Shown: piece after piece, positions 9,098 to 18,878 of the stretch
Position numbering within the stretch: position 1 is the stretch's first letter
How the letters are laid out: each line of letters begins with the position of its first letter
Source of the DNA: Spirochaetia bacterium
Lineage (GTDB): Bacteria; Spirochaetota; Spirochaetia; CAKZLE01
Direction: 5' to 3'
Assembly (NCBI GenBank): GCA_963677595.1
Contig: OY782041.1
Location: forward strand, 896,001 to 960,000
Length of the DNA: 64,000 nucleotides
Made by a program: the position numbers and the translations under genes
Notes under the pieces: model-generated
What the model was told of the DNA's origin: nothing
The model's database searches: none
The model's input: the letters and a program-made list of their open reading frames with translations, nothing else

Positions 9098-10102
9098 CTA
9101 GACCAGTTCAGGGGCAGAAACGGCATCGCCCTTCACCACGCAATAGGTATAGCTCCTGCCGCGGATGCAGTCGATGCGGACCCCCAGCCCGGTGGGAAGG
9201 TTATAGGTATCGCCGGGACCGAGGACGATGGGCATCAGTTCCGTATCGCTGAAAGTCAGCCTGACATCACCCCAGTAGTTGATCAGGACCTGGTTCTCTG
9301 ACCGGCGATGCATCGGCACGTACCCGCCGGTCTCCATTTCATAGGCATAGACGCAGAGCCCGTCACGGCTCTTCGCCTCGAAGTCATCGGGATGGTCCGG
9401 GCTGCCGGATACGTGGTGACATGAGAAATCGCCAGAAGAGGAGAACCTTCTCACTCTCGGTGTCCGGTCCTTCCTGAACGAGACGAACTTCAGCATCTCC
9501 TCGACGGAATAGGAGTCAAACTGCCGTACCTCTTCCATGCTGAGGGGCTCGAACAGTTCATCGTCAGCAGGTACGGGGTCACCGAGCACCGTATCTGCAA
9601 GGGTGTTATCCCTCTTGAGGTAGAGACCGTACTTCTGTCCCTCAGCGAGGATCGACGGGTGCCATACGATACCGCCCCCGCAGTCGTCTCCCCCGAGGGC
9701 GACGAACATGAAACCGCTCTCGGTTCCCACGACCTCGAAGCCCCTGAAGCAGTGGACGGGGACGGTTATGAGGTCCCCGGGACCAAGAAGCGCCTCATAC
9801 TCCCCTTCAGCTCCCCAGTAGATCCGGAATGTACCTTTATAGACCATGAAGACCTCAGCCGAGTTGTGGCTGTGCAGGGAGTTGAGGATTCCCGGCGGCT
9901 GCCCCGCCGCCCCGATGTGGAACCCGTCGGTCTCCATGATATGGACGGGCTGTCTCGTGTCCTGGGACACCCCCCTCCCCACGATGCAGTAATTCTCCTT
10001 CAGGTGGCTGCCCGGAATCCTCGCATCCACGAAGGCGGCCCTGGCATACCTGAGGTCGGCGAACCGTACAAGCGGTTTATTCGAATCATAGTTCATACCC
10101 AT
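9098..10102 (-). CDS. Bicupin-domain protein
   Basis: LHSHNSAEVF cupin metal motif, PGDLITVPVHCFRGF; second degenerate cupin in the C-terminal half. Confidence 0.75.
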   Translation of the reverse strand: MGMNYDSNKPLVRFADLRYARAAFVDARIPGSHLKENYCIVGRGVSQDTRQPVHIMETDGFHIGAAGQPPGILNSLHSHNSAEVFMVYKGTFRIYWGAEGEYEALLGPGDLITVPVHCFRGFEVVGTESGFMFVALGGDDCGGGIVWHPSILAEGQKYGLYLKRDNTLADTVLGDPVPADDELFEPLSMEEVRQFDSYSVEEMLKFVSFRKDRTPRVRRFSSSGDFSCHHVSGSPDHPDDFEAKSRDGLCVYAYEMETGGYVPMHRRSENQVLINYWGDVRLTFSDTELMPIVLGPGDTYNLPTGLGVRIDCIRGRSYTYCVVKGDAVSAPELV

Positions 10103-10111
10103 CTCCTTTAC

Positions 10112-10266
10112 TGACTACGTAATCAACTATACTCAACAACTCTTTCAATATTGTACTCGAAACAGGGAGAAAATCCAGTAAAAAGTGTATGATTGCGTAA
10201 TTATTTACCTAAATCGTAGCCAATCGAAGCAGTTTCTTAGCCTACCCTTGTGTGATTACGTAAACA
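10112..10266. promoter_or_regulatory. Three copies of palindromic operator TGATTACGTAATCA
   Basis: tgactacgtaatca 10112-10125, tgattgcgtaatta 10190-10203, tgattacgtaaaca 10253-10266. Confidence 0.65.
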
Positions 10267-10297
10267 GGCAGTCCATATTCCAACAATAATTACCCCC

Positions 10298-10522
10298 TCA
10301 CATAATAGATAAGGTATTTTGCCCCAATCCCTCGATTTCTATATCCACAGTATCCCTTGGTAGATGTTTCTTGAATGATTCGAAGTAATTCGGTTCTGTC
10401 TTTGTTCCTTCACAGAGAATCAAGAAATATTCCCTATACTTCTTGAAACCAGTTCTTCTTGTTCTGGATTGCTTCACATATTTATGTTGTGTTTCTTTAT
10501 TGAACGTGTGGCTTCTACTCAT
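10298..10522 (-). pseudogene. Truncated RloB-like gene (N-terminal 74 aa only)
   Basis: LILCEGTKTEPNYF motif, then a premature end; ATGA-coupled to the upstream ATPase. Confidence 0.8.
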
Positions 10523-11748
10523 TCAACTCCCCAAACCTTCCGAAAATCCCCGATGAATGGGATCGCCCCATACCGTCCTTGAATATAATCATTCTCAAAA
10601 GAAGCATCATTACGTACCTTCTGCCCTTTTGGCATGATATAGTCGCTTAGTGAATACAAGTCAGTATCCTCAGAAGGGGTCTTTTCTGTGAACCATATCT
10701 GATCACGTCGAAAGACTTTCGTACGGAGCAGATTGGTATCATGAGTCGCAAAAATGAATTGTGCCTTATGTTGATTAGTCAAGCTGGAGTTGAACAATCT
10801 CACGATGGCAGTGGTAAGCTTTGGATGTAGTCTTGCATCTAATTCATCAACAACAAGCACCTTCCCATCCAGTAACGCAGCAAGTACCGGGCCCATCAGC
10901 CGAAAGAATTTTTTACTCCCTTCCGATTCCTGTGATTCAAAATCCAAATCTGTGCTGCCAACAATTCTGTTCTTTTCATCATATAGATTATGATAGGTCG
11001 AAATACGGGAGTTCTCCTTGCCCATCTCATGTTGGATATCAACATTCTTGATCCCCAGGTCAGCGATCTTCAACAGTTCGATTATTCTTTCTTTGTGCTC
11101 AGGAGACTGCAGCATCATCTTTTCAGTAAACTGCTGATAAACCCTATCCTCGATACCAGAAATGATAGTGAGATCATGGAACCAGTTAATGATTTTCCCG
11201 CTGATCTCTCCATTCAGTTGAGCACAGACTGAAAGGAATAATGCGTTGTTCCTTGTTCTTCCCTCTAATCCACTTCCTTCTGGAAAGAGTTTACTGAACA
11301 CCTGGATGTTCTCACCTTCCCTGATGAATAATGGATACTCTTTGATCTTACGACTGCTCAGTAACCACTCTGCTTGTATCGCAGAATCATCAGCTTCAAA
11401 TCCATATCGGTATTTTACCTGCCCGATCAGGAATGTGATCTCAAACTTAGATGGTTGGTGCAGGGTCTCCGTACTCAACCTGAAACAATCGATATGCAAT
11501 GGTTCGCCAAGTTGTACATCTTTTGACGAATTGAGAACTACCCATTTCATCTTCCCCAAAGCTTCAAGCAGATTCGATTTCCCACTCGCATTCGCCCCAT
11601 ACAGAACAGCACTCTTCAGGACCTGGTACCTGCCTGTGTCAATGATATTCTCTTCCCAATACTCCTTGATTGGGTTTGCAGCAATAAGATCAAGGGTCTT
11701 CTCATCCTTGAAGGATTTAAAATTACTACAGGTGAAATTGATTAACAT
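10519..11748 (-). CDS. AAA_21/AbiEii-type ATPase (RloA-like), second copy
   Basis: GANASGKSN, ESEGSKKF, VVDELDARLHP, FATHD, YIQGRYGAIP. Confidence 0.85.
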   Translation of the reverse strand: MLINFTCSNFKSFKDEKTLDLIAANPIKEYWEENIIDTGRYQVLKSAVLYGANASGKSNLLEALGKMKWVVLNSSKDVQLGEPLHIDCFRLSTETLHQPSKFEITFLIGQVKYRYGFEADDSAIQAEWLLSSRKIKEYPLFIREGENIQVFSKLFPEGSGLEGRTRNNALFLSVCAQLNGEISGKIINWFHDLTIISGIEDRVYQQFTEKMMLQSPEHKERIIELLKIADLGIKNVDIQHEMGKENSRISTYHNLYDEKNRIVGSTDLDFESQESEGSKKFFRLMGPVLAALLDGKVLVVDELDARLHPKLTTAIVRLFNSSLTNQHKAQFIFATHDTNLLRTKVFRRDQIWFTEKTPSEDTDLYSLSDYIMPKGQKVRNDASFENDYIQGRYGAIPFIGDFRKVWGVE

Positions 11749-12026
11749 ACTACGCTCCTACCTGATCAGCATCTTCAATCTATGTATAAGAATACTGCTA
11801 AATAGTACATATTTCAACATATTTTGAGATAATTTCACAATAATCATAAGAATTATAGCGATATCAAGAAAAAACAGAATGTCTCATCCATTAGGATGCA
11901 GCTGATCCCTGGCTGCTCGATACAGCAGGAGGAGTTACCCCTCTGCCGTGTTGAACCCAGTTATTCAACAGCCCTATTCTCATATTCTGTGATCCATAGT
12001 ATTCTGTTTGGCGGAGGTTTGTAGAT

Positions 12027-12239
12027 ATGCCATTCTTTCACTCACGTGATGACCTGGGGAATCCATACAACGCGATATCAGAGATTTGTCATCGCTGTCC
12101 TGAACCGGTATGCATCACAAAGAACGATAATATGGAGCTCTACCGCCTGCTTGATGATGGGTTGAACTCGATGGAAGCCGGGGGACTTAGAACCTCCGAG
12201 GAAGTGTTCTCAGAGATCCGCCAGAAGCTGCACCGTTAA
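12027..12239 (+). pseudogene. Orphan Phd/YefM-type antitoxin with apparent internal deletion
   Basis: DLGNPYNAISEICH..EPVCITKN N-terminus and ELYRLLDDGL..G..SEEVFSEIR C-terminus; the usual GxGDLAVMS segment is missing and no toxin follows. Confidence 0.55.
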
Positions 12240-12280
12240 CAAGATGGTCATCACCCGCTGTGCAGGTGACGACCAGTCTC

Positions 12281-13963
12281 TTAGTCCCTCGTCAGTGCCC
12301 GGTACTTGAGCCGTTTGGGGATGATGGAATCCACCCCGAGTCTCCGTCTCTTGTCTTCCTCATACTCACTGAACGATCCCTCATACCAGAAGAGCGACCC
12401 GTCATCCTCGAATGCGAGGGTATGGGTGCAGATCCGATCGAGGAACCAGCGGTCATGGCTGATCACCACCACGCAGCCGGCGAAATCGAGGATCGCGTCC
12501 TCGAGGGCCCTGATGGTGTTCACATCCAGGTCGTTCGTCGGCTCATCGAGCAAAAGGACGTTCGACTCCTCCTTGAGGGTAAGGGCGAGGTTGACCCGGT
12601 TCCGCTCCCCTCCGGAGAGTACGTCCAGCTGTTTTTGCTGGTCGGCACCGACGAAGTTGAACTGTGCGCAGTAGGCACGGGAGTTTATCAGCCGCCCGGC
12701 GATCCGGATCTGCTCCTGCCCCCCTGAGAGGCACTGCCAGATGCTGTCCTTGGGGTCGAGGTTCTCCCGCATCTGGGTAGCATAGCCGAGGGCTACGGTC
12801 TCCCCCCTCCTGACAGCACCGGAGATCGGTTCAAGCTCACCGGTCAGGAGTTTGAGGAAGGTCGTCTTCCCCGCCCCGTTTGGACCGATGATCCCGACGA
12901 TCCCGCCGGGAGGCAGGGAGAAGTCGAGGTTGTCGATCAGGAGCCTGTCCCCATAGCCGGCACTGACCCCGGTCCCCTCGAACACGAGGTTCCCGAGTCT
13001 CGGGCCCCTCGGGATCCTGATCTGCAGCTCCTTGTCCTGGTCCCTGCTGTCGGAATCGGCAAGGGCCTGGTAGGCCCCGATCCTCGCCTTCGACTTGTCA
13101 TGCTTGGCACGAGGTGACATGCGGATCCATTCGAGCTCGCGCTGCAGGGTCTGCTGTTTCCGTGACTCCTGCTTCTGTTCCACCCGCAGCCGTTCCTGTT
13201 TCTGTTCCAGCCAGGAGGAGTAGTTCCCCTTCCAGGGGATCCCCTCCCCGCGGTCGAGTTCCAGGATCCAGCCAGCGACGTTGTCGAGGAAGTAGCGGTC
13301 GTGGGTCACGGCGATGACGGTGCCGGCATACTGCTGGAGGTGGTGCTCGAGCCAGGCGACCGACTCGGCATCGAGGTGGTTGGTCGGCTCATCGAGCAGG
13401 AGTATATCGGGCTTCTGCAGCAGCAGCCTGCAGAGGGCTGTCCTCCTGCGCTCCCCTCCTGAGACCTTGTCGAGCGGCATATCACCGGGGGGACAGCGAA
13501 GGGCATCCATCGCCATGTCGAGACGCGACTCGATATCCCAGCCGTCGAGCTGCTCGATGCGGTCCTGAACCTTCCCCTGCCGGTCGAGCAGGGCGTCCAT
13601 CTCCTCGTCAGTCATCTCTGAAGCGAACCTCTCGTTGATCTCCTCGAACTCCCGGAGCAGGGAGAGGACCTCAGAGGCCCCCTCCTCGACCACTTCCCGC
13701 ACCGTGCGTGTCTCAGCCTTGAGCGGTTCCTGCTCGAGGTAGCCGATGGTAAAGCCTGCTGAGATGACGGTCTCGCCGTCGAAATCCTTTTCGACCCCTG
13801 CGAGGATCTTCAGCAGGGTACTCTTACCCGACCCGTTCAGTCCCAGGACCCCGATCTTCGCCCCGTAGAAATAGCTCAAGTAGATATCCTTGAGGATTAT
13901 CTTGTTCTGGTATCTCTTCGAGACACCAACCATTGAATATATGATCTTCTTGTCGTCTGCCAT
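12281..13963 (-). CDS. ettA: Energy-dependent translational throttle ABC-F protein EttA
   Basis: IYLSYFYGAKIGVLGLNGSGKST, two ABC domains, GEGIPWKGNYSSWLEQK, ELEWIRMSP linker; start reassigned to MADDKK. Confidence 0.95.
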   Translation of the reverse strand: MADDKKIIYSMVGVSKRYQNKIILKDIYLSYFYGAKIGVLGLNGSGKSTLLKILAGVEKDFDGETVISAGFTIGYLEQEPLKAETRTVREVVEEGASEVLSLLREFEEINERFASEMTDEEMDALLDRQGKVQDRIEQLDGWDIESRLDMAMDALRCPPGDMPLDKVSGGERRRTALCRLLLQKPDILLLDEPTNHLDAESVAWLEHHLQQYAGTVIAVTHDRYFLDNVAGWILELDRGEGIPWKGNYSSWLEQKQERLRVEQKQESRKQQTLQRELEWIRMSPRAKHDKSKARIGAYQALADSDSRDQDKELQIRIPRGPRLGNLVFEGTGVSAGYGDRLLIDNLDFSLPPGGIVGIIGPNGAGKTTFLKLLTGELEPISGAVRRGETVALGYATQMRENLDPKDSIWQCLSGGQEQIRIAGRLINSRAYCAQFNFVGADQQKQLDVLSGGERNRVNLALTLKEESNVLLLDEPTNDLDVNTIRALEDAILDFAGCVVVISHDRWFLDRICTHTLAFEDDGSLFWYEGSFSEYEEDKRRRLGVDSIIPKRLKYRALTRD

Positions 13964-14084
13964 GGAAGTGAGTATGCCAGAAAACGGGGAATCTGGTAAG
14001 AGGGAAAAACGCCTCTTTTCATCTTCCATGCTACACATCCGCGTTCTCTTACGGTATGATGTTCCAAAAGACAAGGAGTCCATT

Positions 14085-15125
14085 ATGTGCGCGCAGTACT
14101 ATTACCCTGAAGGCTACCGTTCGATCCTTTCCCTGTCGGAGACAGAACTGGCCATCTCGAAGATCAAGGAGTTCTTCCAGACCTATCTCTCAGCCCAGCT
14201 GAGACTCAGGCGGGTCACGGCCCCCCTCTTCCTGGAGGCAGGGACGGGCGTCAACGACGACCTCAACGGGGTGGAAATGCCCGTCTCGTTCAAGCCTAAG
14301 GGGATGGACGGCACCATCGCCGAGATCCCGCAATCTCTGGCCAAGTGGAAGAGGATGATGCTCGGAGACTACCGCATTCCTATCGGTTACGGCCTCTATA
14401 CCGACATGAATGCCATCCGACCCGATGAAGAACCGGACAATCTCCACTCCTACTACGTCGACCAGTGGGACTGGGAGCGTTCTATATCAGCAGAGCAGCG
14501 CAGCCTGGAGTTCCTCAAGAGCACGGTTCGCAGGATCTATGCGACCCTCACAGCCACGGAGTTCATGGTCTATGAGAGCTACCCGGAGATAGAGCCCATC
14601 CTCCCGGAGAAGATCACCTTCATCCAGGCTGAGGATCTCTGCAGGAAGTACCCCGGCCTCACTCCCACCGAACGGGAGTCAAAGGCGGCTAAGGAGTACG
14701 GTGCCCTCTTCGTCATCGGCATCGGTGCAAATCTCTCGGATGGGCAGCCCCATGATGGGCGTGCCCCGGACTATGATGACTGGAGCAGCCTGACCGAAGG
14801 CGGATACCGCGGCCTCAACGGGGACATCATCCTCTGGAACCCGGTACTGAACCGGACCTTCGAGATATCCTCCATGGGAATCCGGGTGGATGAGGAAGCG
14901 CTGCTCAGGCAGCTCGGGCTCAGGGGATGCATGGACCGCAAGAGCCTCCACTTCCACAAGCGGCTGCTGGCCGGTGACTTCCCCCTCTCCATCGGGGGCG
15001 GGATCGGCCAGTCACGGCTCTGCATGTTTCTACTGCGCAAAGCCCATATCGGGGAGGTGCAGGCAAGCCTCTGGCCGGAAGAGGTCAGGCGGGAGTGCAT
15101 GCTCCACTCCATAGAGCTCATGTAA
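14085..15125 (+). CDS. asnA: Aspartate--ammonia ligase
   Basis: SLAKWKR, YVDQWDWE, HDGRAPDYDDW, SIGGGIGQSR; AAGGAG RBS. Confidence 0.95.
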   Translation: MCAQYYYPEGYRSILSLSETELAISKIKEFFQTYLSAQLRLRRVTAPLFLEAGTGVNDDLNGVEMPVSFKPKGMDGTIAEIPQSLAKWKRMMLGDYRIPIGYGLYTDMNAIRPDEEPDNLHSYYVDQWDWERSISAEQRSLEFLKSTVRRIYATLTATEFMVYESYPEIEPILPEKITFIQAEDLCRKYPGLTPTERESKAAKEYGALFVIGIGANLSDGQPHDGRAPDYDDWSSLTEGGYRGLNGDIILWNPVLNRTFEISSMGIRVDEEALLRQLGLRGCMDRKSLHFHKRLLAGDFPLSIGGGIGQSRLCMFLLRKAHIGEVQASLWPEEVRRECMLHSIELM

Positions 15126-15185
15126 CGAGCACGATTTTTTATTTGACTACACCTCACCTCCTCGTGTACAATCATGATAACAACA

Positions 15186-15203
15186 AATACACACGTGTGT
15201 ATT
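15186..15203. promoter_or_regulatory. Perfect 18-bp palindrome, probable LacI-family operator
   Basis: AATACACACGTGTGTATT with a central CG, directly upstream of the LacI gene RBS. Confidence 0.7.
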
Positions 15204-15218
15204 GATAGGAAAAGGCAA

Positions 15219-16271
15219 TTGGGAACGAACCGGGTCACGATCAAGGACATCGCAAAGAAAGCAGGGGTCACCCACTCCACCGTCTCACGGGCACTGAACG
15301 ACAGCCCCCGCGTGAAGCAGGAGACGAAGGAGTTCATCAAGCAGCTCGCCGCTGACATGGGGTTCCAGTTCAATGCGGCAGGCAGGTCCTTAAGCACCGG
15401 GACCAGGGGGATCATCGCCGTCATCCATGACGGCGAATGGGACGGGTTCGGGACGAGCCAGTACTTCAACCTCCTCTTTGCGAGCCTGCGCAGGACCCTG
15501 GAGTCCTTCGCGCTCGATGCCCTGGTCCTCGAGGCCAGCAATCCCGAGACCGGGGAGAGCAGCATCCAGAGGCTGATCATGCAGAACAAGGTGGATGGGT
15601 TCATCCTCGTCCACTCGAAGATACCTCAAGCAGACTACCGGTACCTTGCAGAGCACGGCGTCCCCTTCGTCCAGCTCCATTCCCGGCCGAAGTATGTACC
15701 TGCCGGGGGTTTCCCCTCCTTCTTCACCGACAACATCACCGGGGGCCGTATCGCGACCGAGCACCTCATCGCCTGCGGCTGCCGCAGGGTCATCGACATG
15801 GTGGGGTACAAGCGCCCGGCCGGTGAGTTCGCTGACCGGCTGCAGGGATACCGCGAGGCTCTCGCAGCCCATGGGCTTCCCTATGATGAGGGGCTCATCC
15901 TCTTCACTGACTGCTCCTTCCAAAGCGGGTACCGCCGGGTCATGGAGCAGAGGGAGCTGTTCAGGGCCGGTGACGGCATCTTCTGCCAGGCGGATGTGGT
16001 AGCCTTCGGGGCGATCACGGCCCTGAAGGAGCTCGGCTGGAAGGTCGGTGAGGAGATCCAGGTCGTCGGGTTCGATGACACCCCGATCTGCGGGCTGCCG
16101 ACCCCGTCCATCACGTCGGTACATCAGCCGGTCGACGAACTCTCCCGCAAGGCCTGCCGGCAGCTCCATGGGATGATCCATGGGACGGGAGATACCAATA
16201 CCATACAGGAAGAACTGCACCCATGGCTCGTTGAGCGGGGGTCCACATCCAACGATATGAGGGTAAGATAA
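15219..16271 (+). CDS. LacI family transcriptional regulator
   Basis: VTIKDIAKKAGVTHSTVSRALN HTH, VVGFDD; probable TTG start after AGGAAAAGG. Confidence 0.92.
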   Translation: MGTNRVTIKDIAKKAGVTHSTVSRALNDSPRVKQETKEFIKQLAADMGFQFNAAGRSLSTGTRGIIAVIHDGEWDGFGTSQYFNLLFASLRRTLESFALDALVLEASNPETGESSIQRLIMQNKVDGFILVHSKIPQADYRYLAEHGVPFVQLHSRPKYVPAGGFPSFFTDNITGGRIATEHLIACGCRRVIDMVGYKRPAGEFADRLQGYREALAAHGLPYDEGLILFTDCSFQSGYRRVMEQRELFRAGDGIFCQADVVAFGAITALKELGWKVGEEIQVVGFDDTPICGLPTPSITSVHQPVDELSRKACRQLHGMIHGTGDTNTIQEELHPWLVERGSTSNDMRVR

Positions 16272-17638
16272 TGAAGATCGTACTGATCGGCGCAGGAAGC
16301 GCACAATTCGGCTACGGGATGCTCGAGGATATCTTCCAGAGCAAGAGACTGCAGGGAGCACACATCGCCCTGCTCGATATTAACCGTGAGACGGTAGATA
16401 CGGTCTACCGGAAGAGCGACCGGTTCATCACCGAACACGGGCTCCCCTACACCATCTCGGCGGGAACGGACAGGAAGGAGGCCTTGGCCGGGGCCGACTT
16501 CGTGATCATCTCCATAGAGGTCGGGGACCGGTTCGAGCTCTGGGACCAGGACTGGAAGGTCCCGCAGCAGTACGGGATCCGGCAGGTCTACGGGGAGAAC
16601 GGGGGACCTGGGGGCGTGTTCCACGCCCTGAGGATCATCCCGCCGATCCTCGAGATCTGCGATGACATCATGGAGATCTGCCCCGATGCGGTCGTGTTCA
16701 ACTACTCCAACCCGATGACTGCCATCGTCACCACAGTGAAGCGCAAATACCCTGACCTGCAGTTCATCGGCATGTGCCACGAGATTGCCTCCCTGAAGCG
16801 CTACCTCCCGGCGATCATGGAGACCCCGCTAGAGAACATCGCCTTCCGTGCCGCAGGCCTCAACCACTTCAGCGTGTTACTCGATGTCCACTACGCAGAT
16901 TCAGGGAAGGAGGCCTACCCGCTGGTCATGGAGAAGGCCCCTGCCCTCTTCTCCACTGAACCGGGTTACAGCGATGCCCTCGCCTTCGCTAAGAAGACGG
17001 GCATCACGATACAGACCGAAGGAGCCGTCGAGCGGTTCTTCTCCGAGGTGAAGGAGAGCTCCCGCCCCTGGACGGACAGGACCCTCTTCCGGGAGATCAT
17101 GGAGCGGTTCGGCCTCCTACCGATCACCTCTGACAGCCATATCGGGGAGTACATCCCCTGGGCCTATGACGCTGCCGACCACCAGGGGATCCTCGACTTC
17201 TACACCTTCTACCGCTTCTCGCTCTCCCAGGAGTACCCGGAGCTCAAGCTCCGGGATGACGGGGCCCACGAGCGGACGGTCCCGATCATCGAGGCCATCC
17301 TCGAAGACTCATGTATGGAGGAGGCTGCGGTGAACATCCTCAACGACGGGTACATCCCCGACCTGCCGCAGCGCATCGCCGTGGAGGTCCCGGGTATCAT
17401 CTCCGGCAAGGGTATAACCGGGGTGGCCTTCCCAGACTACCCGAAGGGCTTCGGCGCCCTCCTGCGAAACTACACCGGGACCTACGACCTGCTTGCAGAT
17501 GCCGTCCTCGAGGGCAGCCGGGAGCTCGTGATCCAGTCACTGCTCGTCAACCCGGTGGTCGACACGGTGAGGAAGGTCCCCGAGCTCGTCGATGTCATGC
17601 TCAATTACCAGGAGAGGTGGCTCGGCTACCTGAAATAG
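16271..17638 (+). CDS. GH4 NAD-dependent alpha-galactosidase/alpha-glucosidase
   Basis: KIVLIGAGSAQF, GENGGPGG, NYSNPM, GMCHE, GLNHF. Confidence 0.9.
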   Translation: MKIVLIGAGSAQFGYGMLEDIFQSKRLQGAHIALLDINRETVDTVYRKSDRFITEHGLPYTISAGTDRKEALAGADFVIISIEVGDRFELWDQDWKVPQQYGIRQVYGENGGPGGVFHALRIIPPILEICDDIMEICPDAVVFNYSNPMTAIVTTVKRKYPDLQFIGMCHEIASLKRYLPAIMETPLENIAFRAAGLNHFSVLLDVHYADSGKEAYPLVMEKAPALFSTEPGYSDALAFAKKTGITIQTEGAVERFFSEVKESSRPWTDRTLFREIMERFGLLPITSDSHIGEYIPWAYDAADHQGILDFYTFYRFSLSQEYPELKLRDDGAHERTVPIIEAILEDSCMEEAAVNILNDGYIPDLPQRIAVEVPGIISGKGITGVAFPDYPKGFGALLRNYTGTYDLLADAVLEGSRELVIQSLLVNPVVDTVRKVPELVDVMLNYQERWLGYLK

Positions 17639-17643
17639 GAGAC

Positions 17644-17673
17644 TTGAGTCGCGGGAGGCTCCCCGCGACTCAA
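17644..17673. terminator. Hairpin between convergent genes
   Basis: TTGAGTCGCGGG-aggctc-CCCGCGACTCAA, 12-bp stem. Confidence 0.7.
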
Positions 17674-18878
17674 CGCTCCTTCCCAAGCAGGAAATCGAGT
17701 GCGTTCATACAGGTGATACCCTGAATCGCCGTAAGAGGATCCTCATCCATAGTAAGGATATATTTGGGGTAATGGTCGTTCACGGAAAGCAGCGGGGCAA
17801 GCTCACGATTCAGGACCGATTCATCCCGTATGGTCAGAGAAACCTGGTAATAACGGGTCCCATACTGGTCTTGGGCAATGAAATCGATCTCCTTGTCCCC
17901 TGACTTCCCGACGAATACCCGATACCCCCTCCTCCGCAGTTCCAGATAGATGATATTCTCCAGCATATGGCCCAGATCACGTCTGGTATCCCCGAGCAGC
18001 AAGAACCGCAGCCCAAGATCTGAGGCATAGTATTTCTCCAGCGTCTTCAGGTACTGTTTTCCCTGGATGTCATATCGATGGACCCGATAGAACAGGAAGC
18101 TGTTGAGCAGTGCAGTCACATACTTTTCTACGGTGGGGGCGGAGGTCCTCCTTCCTGCCGAAGTCAGCGTGTCAGAGATCTTCTTCATAGACACAGGATT
18201 ACCGATCGTGTCAAACAGGAATCGTACCACACTCTCAAGTATCATCGGGTCAGAGATCCTGGTCCTCTCAATGACATCTTTCAGGATCACCGTGCTGTAG
18301 ATTCCCTGCAGGTAATCACGAATAGTATCATTCTTCCCCCGCAGCAAAAGCGTATAAGGAAACGAGCTGAATGAGAGGTAATCCGCATATTTCCGCTGCA
18401 GATCCCCTTCCCCCAAGAAGGAGACATATTCTGCGAACGACAATGGCAGCACCTCGATCTCGATATATCGTCCAGAGAGAAGCGTAGCCAGCTCTCCCGA
18501 CAGGAGATACGCATTGGATCCTGTGATGTAGAGATCCAGCGATTCATTGAGCTGCAGGCTGGCAAGAACTCTCTGGAAATCAGGGACCTGCTGGATCTCA
18601 TCAATGAACACATAGGTCATGGCATCCTGGTCCATGGTATCAAGAATATAAGCATGCAGAGCATGTGGATCCAGCAGTGCCTGGTTTCTCATATCTTCAA
18701 GATTGACCCAGATCACTTGTGCCGGTGTCACACCGGTTCCCAGAAGGTATTCCCTATAGATCTCCAACATGGTGGATTTACCACATCTTCGTATCCCAGT
18801 GAGAACTTTTATTACTCTCGTCCCTTGTGCTTCAATCAATCGCTTCAGGTAAAGCGGTCTTGGTATATAGCTGCTCAT
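17670..18878 (-). CDS. AAA_14 / DUF4143 ATP-binding protein
   Basis: GIRRCGKST, FIDEIQ, ITGSNA, KYYASDLGLR, EIDFIA..YYQV. Confidence 0.9.
   Translation of the reverse strand: MSSYIPRPLYLKRLIEAQGTRVIKVLTGIRRCGKSTMLEIYREYLLGTGVTPAQVIWVNLEDMRNQALLDPHALHAYILDTMDQDAMTYVFIDEIQQVPDFQRVLASLQLNESLDLYITGSNAYLLSGELATLLSGRYIEIEVLPLSFAEYVSFLGEGDLQRKYADYLSFSSFPYTLLLRGKNDTIRDYLQGIYSTVILKDVIERTRISDPMILESVVRFLFDTIGNPVSMKKISDTLTSAGRRTSAPTVEKYVTALLNSFLFYRVHRYDIQGKQYLKTLEKYYASDLGLRFLLLGDTRRDLGHMLENIIYLELRRRGYRVFVGKSGDKEIDFIAQDQYGTRYYQVSLTIRDESVLNRELAPLLSVNDHYPKYILTMDEDPLTAIQGITCMNALDFLLGKER

Noticed and set aside
13890-14084. Apparent overlap of extended ettA and asnA N-termini
   Set aside because: The true starts are at 13963 (-) and 14085 (+); the region between is a divergent promoter.
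15390-16361. Long antisense ORFs (e.g. 15390-16361, 23927-24973, 62080-63228, 62759-63766)
   Set aside because: They are shadows of well-supported genes on the opposite strand, expected with GC-rich codon usage, and carry no motifs.
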